A stretch of 11,372 bases of DNA, taken from NCBI GenBank assembly GCA_950072105.1, contig CATMOE010000088.1, forward strand, positions 1-11,372. The letters run 5' to 3'. Made by a program: the position numbers and the translations under genes. The notes under the pieces were generated by a model. That model worked only from the letters and a program-made list of their open reading frames with translations. It was not told the DNA's origin and did no database searches. Source of the DNA: an uncultured Dehalococcoidia bacterium. Lineage in GTDB: Bacteria > Chloroflexota > Dehalococcoidia > Lucifugimonadales > UBA3495. Shown here piece by piece: positions 1 to 7,126 of this stretch (position 1 is the stretch's first letter; the number at the start of each line of letters is the position of its first letter).

Positions 1-75
1 AAAGCCAAAAAGGAAAAACAGACAACTGCACAACATACTCTAAAGGAAAAACGTAAATTGAAAAAAGAGAAGTAG
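1..75 (+). CDS. 3' end of a small lysine-rich basic protein (partial, runs off the window start)
   Basis: Frame 1 reads KAKKEKQTTAQHTLKEKRKLKKEK* (TAG 73-75). It resembles the widespread ~30-aa basic hypothetical peptides with a 'TLKEKRxxKKEK' tail (recognised from memory). Not in the ORF track. Confidence 0.5.
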   Translation, partial: KAKKEKQTTAQHTLKEKRKLKKEK

Positions 76-345
76 ATATAGGGCGCTTTCACTACGCGGA
101 CGAAGGAACGAGTCTGTTCGCTCAGCTTCTCAGCGGCCCTGGCCCTGTAGACATCTAACTGAGATGGAGTTGCTCCTCTCCCGCTCCCCCTTCTCGGGTT
201 TTTACCCCCCACCAATGTGTCCCATTATCGCTGAACGCCTACAGCGATACACTAGCTCGGCGTTGGCTAATTTCCATGGCCCGTATCTTCCTCAAATCTT
301 CCGGACCAAATCCAAGTCCTTTTGGTGCCCCCAATTCTGCGCCTG

Positions 346-1470
346 TGTTGTAGGTCTACAATTTTGTCAGTAGCTAACTGGTCAGGGAAAATGTCAGTTC
401 ATGGAAGGACTGACAATGATTACCAAAGAGCAGAACCGTTTACATATCTTGAATGGAGTGCTAGAGCGATACTGGACGATGAAGGAGGCGGCGCCGTCGC
501 TGGGGGTGAGTGAACGTCAGGGTTGGCGACTGCTAGCGGCCTATCAAAGGGAAGGGGCCAGAGGACTGGTGCATCAGAACCGGGGCCGGGTGCCGCCCAA
601 TGCCACTCCAGGGGATATTCGGCAACAAGTGGTGGCCCTGGCCCAGCAACGATATAGCGGCATCAACCATACTCACCTGACCGAGTTGTTGGCCGAGCGG
701 GAGGGAGTAATGTTGCCCCGCCCCACCGTGAGGAGGCTCTTGATCAGGGGCGGGTTGACCAGCCCACGCCAGCGCCGGCCGCCGCGGCACCGGTGCAGAA
801 GGCAACGGATGCCCCAGGAAGGGATGCTGCTCCAACTGGATGGGAGCCACCATCTATGGTTGGAGGACCGGTGGCCCTGGCTGACTTTGCTGCTGGCAGT
901 GGACGACGCTACCGGGAAGGCGCCCCATGCCCTATTCCAGGAACAGGAGGACACCCGAGGCTATTTGTCCCTGCTCCAGGGCATCATCGAACGTCTTGGT
1001 GTGCCGATGGCAGTGTACACCGATAGGCATGCCGTCTTTCAGTCCCGGCGTAGTCCATCGGACCGATCCCCAGTTCGCCAGAAAGGGCCTTCAACCCAAT
1101 GGGGCCGGGATCTGGGAGAGCTGGGGATCACCCAGATATTGGCCCACAGCCCCGAGGCCAAAGGGCGGGTGGAGAGGGCCAATGGAACTTTCCAAGACCG
1201 GTTGGTGGCGGAACTGCGGCTGGCTGATGCCTGCACATTAGAAAAGGCGAATCAGGTGCTGGCCGAGTTTCTGCCACGGTTCAACCAGCGCTTCGGGGTG
1301 CCCGCCGACCAGCCGGAATTAGCCTACCGGCCGGTGGACCCGGAGTTGGACCTGGGCGGCGTGCTTTGCATCAAGGAGTTGCGCCGAGTGGCTAAGGACA
1401 ATACGGTGCAATACCACGGTAGGACCTTGCAACTCTATCCTGGGACGAAGCGACCCCAGCTATGGGCGGG
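346..1470 (+). mobile_element. ISNCY/IS1202-type insertion sequence, left end intact, right part missing
   Basis: Begins TGTTGTAG at 346, followed by repeated GTCAG motifs (TTTTGTCAG, CTGGTCAG, AAATGTCAG) just before the transposase ATG, as expected for the multi-repeat TGT ends of this group. No matching right end (…TGACA…CTACAACA) was seen downstream. Confidence 0.7.
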
Positions 1471-1495
1471 AACGACTTTGGGAGATTCATCATAG
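401..1495 (+). pseudogene. ISNCY/IS1202-type DDE transposase (HTH + integrase core), C-terminally frameshifted and truncated
   Basis: N-terminal HTH (EAAPSLGVSERQGWRLL…GLVHQNRGR); DDE triad LQLDGS / VYTDRH / KGRVERAN, plus AVDDATG. After LYPGTKRP the frame appears shifted: removing one C from CGACCCCAGCTAT gives the family-like RPSY, and resemblance ends near 1470. Alternative start at 416 with GAAGGA as RBS. Confidence 0.8.
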
Positions 1496-1503
1496 AGTGG
1501 ACT

Positions 1504-1633
1504 TCGTGCCGTGGCGGCTATGCAACACCATTCTAGCAGACAGGGTTTACAACGCCGCCCCGGGCCAGGTCGTCCTCCAGTGGTTCCATCAGGCCAGGGG
1601 TACTGGTGGGGTGGAGGGGGTGCTAACGACAGC
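1504..1633 (+). repeat. Dispersed G-rich repeat, copy 1 (subfamily A; core 1582-1633 plus an upstream block shared with copy 2)
   Basis: Core GGTTCCATCAGGCCAGGGGTACTGGTGGGGTGGAGGGGGTGCTAACGACAGC. 1582-1619 is identical to 6750-6787 (38/38). 1504-1557 matches 5423-5476 at 46/54. Confidence 0.95.
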
Positions 1634-1646
1634 AACCCCAGCGGAC

Positions 1647-1948
1647 ATGGGAATCTACAACAAACCGGAGATCGTCTTGGCGGAAACACCGGGCACTCGA
1701 CAGTACAACCAGCGTGTGGTGGCCGACCAGGGCTGGACGTGGACTTTGTGGCGGTTTGTGACGCCGTCCTGGGTGCATGGAGTGGCAGCGGGGAGACCGT
1801 CACAGAAATAGCTGAAAGGTTCGGCGTCAGCAGGGGATGGATCTGGAAGTGGGTTTACCCGGCCCTGGGCTATGAAAGATCTAGACCCTGTGGCACCAAC
1901 GCCGGTGAGTCATCAGCGAGGGGTCGTCGATCAGACAAGGCGTTTTAG
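1647..1948 (+). pseudogene. Small resolvase/invertase-type helix-turn-helix DNA-binding protein, probably frameshifted
   Basis: From 1718: GGRPGLDVDFVAVCDAVLGAWSGSGETVTEIAERFGVSRGWIWKWVYP, a GRP arm plus HTH like the Hin/resolvase C-terminal domain. The annotated 1511 start runs through the non-coding repeat. The ATG at 1647 joins this frame if one GT of GTGTG (1714-1718) is removed. Confidence 0.5.
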
Positions 1949-1979
1949 TGCACCTGTAGGATAGGTGGGAGCCCCGGGC

Positions 1980-2957
1980 CTAATCCCGGAAGCTGTACTC
2001 CTCTCTCCACTCTAGATAGGCGTTTAGGCCCGCTGCCAGGTCATGTTCCGCGGTAAATCCTATGTCATCCCGCAGCCGTGAGACATCCATCCGGGACCTG
2101 GAGCCGCCGTATGAGATGTCATTGGCGTCCCCTGGAGAAGCCTCCACCACCTGCATGCCGGGCCGCAGCTCCTGCAAGGCATCTAGTATGTCCCCTACGC
2201 TTAGCCACCGTCCGGCGGAGATGTTGTAGGCGAAGTGGGAGGGGTTGGCTGCGTCCAACACGCTACAGATCCCGCTGGCTATGTCGGCCACGTAGGTGAA
2301 GTCGCGGCCCAGGGTGCGGTCACTCACGGCTATGGACTCACCGCGAACAACCCTTCCAGTAAGGTCCTTCACAACCGACTGGTTGGCCCGGTGGCCGGTT
2401 ACCCGCTCCATGGGACCGTAGGGTGAGCTAAGCCTGGTGGCGACGGTGGGGAAGCCGTGCATCTCACCGAACCGGCGGGTCAGCAGCTCGCTAACGTACT
2501 TGGTCGATTCATAAAGGGTGTGAGGATGAAGATCGGCGTCCTCCCGGAGCACCTCCTCCTGGTCGGGACGGTCACCGTAGACCGAACCGGAGCTGACGTA
2601 GAGGAAGCGTTGGGGGATTATCCGCCGGGCCAACTCCAACAGGTTAGTGGTGCCCATAACATTGATGTCCACAATGGATCGGCTACGGCTGGCTTCCACA
2701 TCAGGCAGGACCCCGGTAAACACGGCGGCGTGCACAATCTTGTCGATGTCATGGTCCTCGGCCTGCTCCAGGTCGCCAGGGGCCAGGATGTCCCCCTGTA
2801 GGAAGGTGACCTTGTCGGCCCAGGGTTGGATATACCGGGTGAGCAGCTCGTTGGGGGGCACCAGGTCGAAGCAGACGACCCGGTGTCCCAGCTGAGCCAG
2901 GGTCCTTACTATGTTGCTGCCGACAAATCCCGTACCACCGGTAACCAGAGTGGCCAT
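1980..2957 (-). CDS. NAD-dependent epimerase/dehydratase family protein (extended SDR)
   Basis: LVTGGTGFVG Rossmann motif, IVHAA, YVSSGSVYG, catalytic YESTK, RDFTYVAD. GGAGG RBS 8 nt upstream of the ATG. Confidence 0.93.
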   Translation of the reverse strand: MATLVTGGTGFVGSNIVRTLAQLGHRVVCFDLVPPNELLTRYIQPWADKVTFLQGDILAPGDLEQAEDHDIDKIVHAAVFTGVLPDVEASRSRSIVDINVMGTTNLLELARRIIPQRFLYVSSGSVYGDRPDQEEVLREDADLHPHTLYESTKYVSELLTRRFGEMHGFPTVATRLSSPYGPMERVTGHRANQSVVKDLTGRVVRGESIAVSDRTLGRDFTYVADIASGICSVLDAANPSHFAYNISAGRWLSVGDILDALQELRPGMQVVEASPGDANDISYGGSRSRMDVSRLRDDIGFTAEHDLAAGLNAYLEWREEYSFRD

Positions 2958-3082
2958 GGTGTCACCCTCCTCTGTTGTTGGACGTCCTCAAGGTGCCTCC
3001 GCTGAATCAGAAACAGGCGCACTCCACCGGATAGATGCCTTAGAGGCTCCCAGCCCATTCTTCCAGCGGATCAAACCTTTTC

Positions 3083-3934
3083 CTATGCGATCAGCGCGTC
3101 GGCCATTCGCTCCAGTTGCTCACCCATCTCGGCTTCGGTCTCGCAGTGCGAGGCCCACACCGAGACCCGTTCCGCACCGGCGTTCAGGAAAGCTTCTATC
3201 TGGTCTCGATCCGTCTCCGGCGGTTGACCGAATACCGATATGGTCAATGACGCCGGGTCCCGGCCCCTCTCCACAGCCAGGGTGTCGAGGATCTTCCGGC
3301 CCTCTTCGACTTGGGCCGGACTAACCCTCGTTGGAAGCCACCCGTCACCCCACCGGGCTACCCTCTGAAGAACGTTGGGAGCATTGCCACCGAGCAGGAC
3401 CGGTGGGTGAGGCTTCTGCACTGGCTTGGGATAGCAATAGACCGGAGGGAAATCGTAATACCGGCCATGGAACTCAGCTTCATCTTTGGTCCACAGCTCC
3501 TTCATTGCCAGGACCGCCTCACGGGTCTGGGCCCACCGGTGGTCGAAATCGCCCCCCATGATGGTAGTCTCCTCCCGGTTCCAACCAGCTCCGATGCCGA
3601 ACAGAAATCTGCCGCCGCTGTAGTGGTCCAGTGCCGCTATCTCCTTGGCGAGGATCAGCGGGTTCCGCTCGGGGACCAGGGTAATGCCGGTGGCCAGTAT
3701 GATTCTGTCGGTGACGGCGGACGCCCTGGCCAAGGCGATGTAGGGATCGGTCAGGTGCCTGTAGGTCTCCGGGATATCACCCCCAGTTGCAGGAAACCCA
3801 GTGTCACTGTGAACCGGCAGGATAGGGTGTTCGTGATACCAGATAGACTCGAATCCCAATCCCTCGGCTTTCTGGGCGATGAACGCGGCATCGACGGTGT
3901 ACGCGGGCAGGGGGGCTACAATACCAACGGCCAT
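3083..3934 (-). CDS. LLM-class (luciferase-like) flavin/F420-dependent oxidoreductase, Rv2161c-like
   Basis: AEGLGFESIWYHEH, DPYIALA, RNPLILAKEIAALDHYSGGRFLFGIGAGWNREE, PKPVQKPHPPVLLGG, GDGWLP. Start moved to ATG 3934 (MAVGIV) because AAGGAGG lies 7 nt upstream. F420 use is inferred from family resemblance. Confidence 0.92.
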   Translation of the reverse strand: MAVGIVAPLPAYTVDAAFIAQKAEGLGFESIWYHEHPILPVHSDTGFPATGGDIPETYRHLTDPYIALARASAVTDRIILATGITLVPERNPLILAKEIAALDHYSGGRFLFGIGAGWNREETTIMGGDFDHRWAQTREAVLAMKELWTKDEAEFHGRYYDFPPVYCYPKPVQKPHPPVLLGGNAPNVLQRVARWGDGWLPTRVSPAQVEEGRKILDTLAVERGRDPASLTISVFGQPPETDRDQIEAFLNAGAERVSVWASHCETEAEMGEQLERMADALIA

Positions 3935-4111
3935 ACCATTTCCTCCTTGACTCTTATTGTATTCCGTGGGCCTGCGGGCACCCAAGGTGGTCTTGGGCTG
4001 GGGATTGCCTACGGGCCTCCCCTTGGAGCGATGAGGCTCCCTCTCGTCTACTAAAGCTGCCGTGGCGGTATTGGAACGTACTAAGCCAGTCGGCCCATGG
4101 AACGGAGCCGA

Positions 4112-5263
4112 CTACCGTAGCCCCCGGAAGAAATCCCGGATGTCCTCAACCAACCTGGTCGGCTCCTCCAGGGCAGCGAAATGCCCGCCGCTGGGCATTT
4201 CAGTCCAACGGCGCACGTCGTAGGAGCGTTCCGCCCACTCCCTGGGAGGCTTTGCAATTTCCTGAGGGAATAGGGCTATGCCTGCCGGAGCCTTGACCCG
4301 TTCTTCTGGTCCCATGCCCCAGGTGTGCGTCTGGTTTTCGAGGTACATCCTGGTTGATGAACTTATCGTCTGGGTGACCCAGTAGATGGTTATGGTGGTC
4401 AACAACTCGTCCTTACTGAACCGGCTTTCTACATCACCGTGACAGTCGCTCCAGGTGCGGTATTTTTCCACGATCCAGGCTGCGAGTCCCGCCGGAGAGT
4501 CGTTTAGACCATAGGCCAGTGTCTGTGGTTTGGTACCCTGGATGTGGGCATACCCACCTTCATCTCGCTGCCATTTCTCCCGTTGGGCTGAATGCGCCGC
4601 TTCGGCCTTATTAAGGGGTCTGGATCCTGGGCCCAGGTAAGGCGTCGGGCGGGTTATGGACGTGAGATGGATGCCGGTCAACTTGTCGGGATGAGCGAAA
4701 CCCAACCGGGACGTTACACCCGCTCCGATATCCCCTCCCACGGCAGCAAACCGCGGGTAGTCGAGGTTTTCTGTCATCAGCTTTGCCCACATGTCGGCCA
4801 CTTTCAGCACCTGCATGCCTCGCTGCGTAGGGTGGTCCGAAAATCCAAACCCGGGCAAAGACGGAGCAACCACATCGAAAGAGTCTTCTTGATCTCCGCC
4901 GTGGCTGGCGGGATCACTCAGCATGGGTATGACCTTATACATCTCGAAGAATGTGCCAGGCCATCCGTGGGTGATCACCAGAGGCATGGGGTTTGGGCCC
5001 ATGCCCTTCTCGTGGATAAAATGGATTCCCATTCCGTCTACATCGGTCTTGAAATGGGAGAAGGAATTGATCAGCCTCTCCTGGGACCGCCAGTCGAACC
5101 TGGTGCGCCAGTATTCCACCAATTCCTTGAGGTAGTCCAGGTTGGTCCCGTAGTCCCAGTTGGAGCCGGGGATTTCATCGGGCCACCGGGTACGATCCAG
5201 CCTTTCCTTCAAGTCCTGCAAGGTGGCGTCTGGCACTTCTACCTTGAAAGGCGTAACGGCCAT
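4112..5263 (-). CDS. Epoxide hydrolase (microsomal/EHN type, alpha/beta fold)
   Basis: N-terminal EHN segment (LKERLDRTRWP…YWRTRFDWR), HGWP oxyanion motif, nucleophile GGDIGA, GYAHIQGTKPQT, GGHFAALE. AGGAGG is 8 nt upstream of ATG 5263 but only 2 nt from 5269. Confidence 0.95.
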   Translation of the reverse strand: MAVTPFKVEVPDATLQDLKERLDRTRWPDEIPGSNWDYGTNLDYLKELVEYWRTRFDWRSQERLINSFSHFKTDVDGMGIHFIHEKGMGPNPMPLVITHGWPGTFFEMYKVIPMLSDPASHGGDQEDSFDVVAPSLPGFGFSDHPTQRGMQVLKVADMWAKLMTENLDYPRFAAVGGDIGAGVTSRLGFAHPDKLTGIHLTSITRPTPYLGPGSRPLNKAEAAHSAQREKWQRDEGGYAHIQGTKPQTLAYGLNDSPAGLAAWIVEKYRTWSDCHGDVESRFSKDELLTTITIYWVTQTISSSTRMYLENQTHTWGMGPEERVKAPAGIALFPQEIAKPPREWAERSYDVRRWTEMPSGGHFAALEEPTRLVEDIRDFFRGLR

Positions 5264-5422
5264 TATCATGTCCTCCTATAACAACATAGAGACTAGGGTG
5301 ATCCACCGTGCGATCCAATCGTCGATTAATCTAAAGAATCGGAGAGGCTGCTGGCGAATAGCTTTCGAGCTCGATTTGGTGCGGCAGCGTCTGTGGTAGA
5401 CGCCGCGTTGAGGTTGTGCATG

Positions 5423-5546
5423 TCGTGCCGTGGTGGCTATGTAGTGCCATTCTAGCAGACCTGGTTGACAACGCCGTTCTGCGGTAGGGGTAACCCTGGT
5501 GGTTCCATCAGGCCGGGGGTACTGGTGGGGTAGGGGGGGTGCTAGC
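5423..5546 (+). repeat. Dispersed G-rich repeat, copy 2 (subfamily A; core 5501-5546 plus upstream block)
   Basis: Colinear with copy 1 at a constant offset of 3919: 46/54 identity (5423-5476), a divergent 22 nt, then 43/46 (5499-5544). Confidence 0.95.
5449..5457 (-). promoter_or_regulatory. Putative extended -10 promoter (TGCTAGAAT) facing the epoxide hydrolase cluster
   Basis: Minus strand reads TG-C-TAGAAT, inside the 14-mer CCATTCTAGCAGAC that is invariant between repeat copies 1 and 2. It lies about 185 nt upstream of ATG 5263. Confidence 0.4.
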
Positions 5547-5724
5547 TAAATAATCCTCCTGCCATCAGCTAGATTCAGCTGCTAACCTGGTCCCACCGCA
5601 CCGTCACTACCTCCCCGTTGTCCAGCACGACATGGTAACCTGGCGCGTATTGACCTAGGTCGTCATGATGCGCTGGAACACCGCGATGTGGACCACGCAG
5701 ACCCGGCGATCAAGCTGAAGCATT

Positions 5725-5730
5725 TATAAT
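5725..5730 (+). promoter_or_regulatory. Putative -10 box for a leaderless transcript of the protease gene
   Basis: Perfect TATAAT ending 6 nt before ATG 5737, with no Shine-Dalgarno in between. Confidence 0.45.
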
Positions 5731-5736
5731 GGTACG

Positions 5737-6669
5737 ATGTGGCTTCACTCTGGATGTAGAGCGGTTGCGGTGGTTTTCGTGTCCGCTGTTGTTATCAGTT
5801 GCAGCCCGTCGGAACAAGATGTACGCCGGGTATCGGAAGAAACGGTCGCAACCGCCATCGCCTCGATACCTAGGCCAACATCAGCTCCGACTGTAACCCC
5901 ACAACCGACTCCGACGCCGATTGAATTGCCGCCGACGGTTACTCCGGCGTTGACACCGACTCCACAGCCAAGCGCAACCCCGGTAATTTTTGCCCCTGAC
6001 GCGAGTCCTCAGCCAACAGCAACACCACAGCCGACCCCTACTCCACAACCTACGTTGCGACCGTACCCAAACTTCAATAAAGTCTATCTTTCTGCGTGGC
6101 CGTCAGTATTCCGTGTCGACACAAGAGAGGGAAGCGGTTCAGGATGGCTTGTCTCACCAGGCCATATATTGACTAATCATCATGTCGTTGAAGGCGGCGA
6201 TTCGGTCACTGTCAGACAGGCCGATTCTCCAAGCTTTCCTGCCGTCGTAGCCGCAGTCGATTTAGATAGAGATATTGCGCTCCTAAGATTCGATGAGCCT
6301 GCCGAGATATTGGATCCGCGTGCGAAGCCATTGCAGTTAGGAACAATCACTAGCGACGACGTGGCAAAACCACTCTTGATATTAGGATACGATGGCGCTC
6401 TCGCCCTGACGGTAAATGGAGCGGCAGGTAAAGCCAATGCTCATGTTGGCGTATTGTCCTTAGTATTGGACCTAAGAGTTATTGGGCGAGGTGTGCATCT
6501 AGTTATTGACGCAACGGTAGACCCAGGAGACAGTGGAGGGCCTGTGCTGAACTCTGACGGCCAAGTGATCGGCATGACACGCTCGGTTGACGAGGGTACA
6601 TTGTTCGCCATTCCTGTGGATGAAATACACGATTCCTTGTCAGCGTTAACGCGGGGTGAGGGCCGATAA
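5737..6669 (+). CDS. Trypsin-like (S1) serine protease with lipoprotein-like signal and Pro/Thr-rich linker, no PDZ domain
   Basis: Hydrophobic N-terminus ending [16 protein letters not shown] / [14 protein letters not shown] linker; GSGSGW, TNHHV (His), DRDIALL (Asp), PGDSGGP (Ser). Confidence 0.9.
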   Translation: MWLHSGCRAVAVVFVSAVVISCSPSEQDVRRVSEETVATAIASIPRPTSAPTVTPQPTPTPIELPPTVTPALTPTPQPSATPVIFAPDASPQPTATPQPTPTPQPTLRPYPNFNKVYLSAWPSVFRVDTREGSGSGWLVSPGHILTNHHVVEGGDSVTVRQADSPSFPAVVAAVDLDRDIALLRFDEPAEILDPRAKPLQLGTITSDDVAKPLLILGYDGALALTVNGAAGKANAHVGVLSLVLDLRVIGRGVHLVIDATVDPGDSGGPVLNSDGQVIGMTRSVDEGTLFAIPVDEIHDSLSALTRGEGR

Positions 6670-6749
6670 AAGGTGAATGTAGAAAACCAGGTCCCTAAAA
6701 GTCGTCTACGGTACGCTGACATCTGGCCTATCCACCGCGCTAACTGAAC

Positions 6750-6810
6750 GGTTCCATCAGGCCAGGGGTACTGGTGGGGTGGAGGGGAGGCGGCGACAAC
6801 CCAGGCTTTT
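6750..6810 (+). repeat. Dispersed G-rich repeat, copy 3 (subfamily A)
   Basis: 6750-6787 is identical to 1582-1619. The tail GCGACAACCCAGGCTTTT resembles the copy 4 tail GCGACAGCCTAGGCTTTT. Confidence 0.95.
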
Positions 6811-6831
6811 AAGGATCTCAGGCATGAAAGA

Positions 6832-6861
6832 TTGACAAGATTCGTCTGAACATGCTAAGAT
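6832..6861 (+). promoter_or_regulatory. Putative sigma70 promoter
   Basis: TTGACA (6832-6837), 18-nt spacer, then TAAGAT (6856-6861) preceded by TG-C (extended -10). Confidence 0.6.
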
Positions 6862-6865
6862 AGCG

Positions 6866-6902
6866 GAGCGTTCTCACAAACTAGTGAAGGCGCTCTTTTT
6901 TT
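6866..6902 (+). terminator. Terminator-like hairpin 1
   Basis: GAGCGTTCTCAC-AAACTA-GTGAAGGCGCTC (12-position stem with two G-U pairs and one mismatch) followed by T7. Confidence 0.55.
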
Positions 6903-6923
6903 GCCCAACGCCACCGACAGCAG

Positions 6924-6949
6924 AAGCCCCCTAAAGCGAGGGGGCTTTT
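6924..6949 (+). terminator. Terminator-like hairpin 2
   Basis: AAGCCCCCT-AAAGCG-AGGGGGCTT, a perfect 9-bp inverted repeat that runs into TTTT. Confidence 0.55.
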
Positions 6950-7126
6950 CTAGTTTTGAGAAACCCCACCATTGGGACCGCATGGGGTGGTGTACGATTG
7001 GCTATAATTGGGTGTCAACAACATTTACGCCGTTTGCGGCAGGGTCGGCGCGTCCCTAGAATTGGGGCGAGAATCCCAGCCCAGATTTGCTCAACCGGGC
7101 GACAACTATTTGTGAGGGTTTGAGAG

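Noticed and set aside
321..345. Possible tRNA 3' end (reverse GGGGGCACCA) or dif site next to the IS left end
   Set aside because: No T-arm and no XerD-like TTATGTTAAA arm; the match is too short.
1598..1633. Repeat as a coding motif (GYWWGGGGANDS / GYWLGSGGVSDS in ORFs 1511-1948 and 10313-10687)
   Set aside because: Differences between copies often hit second codon positions (TGG/TTG/TCG, AAC/AGC, GCT/GTT), copy 2 has an in-frame stop and copy 3 has an indel. This indicates a nucleotide-level element.
4058..4068. TGCCGTGGCGG matching the upstream block of copy 1
   Set aside because: Only 11 GC-rich nt with no extension, so chance cannot be excluded.
5872..6066. Short imperfect repeats (CCGAC…/ACTCCACA) as a DNA repeat element
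   Set aside because: They encode the Pro/Thr linker of the protease, and synonymous variation indicates protein-level low complexity.
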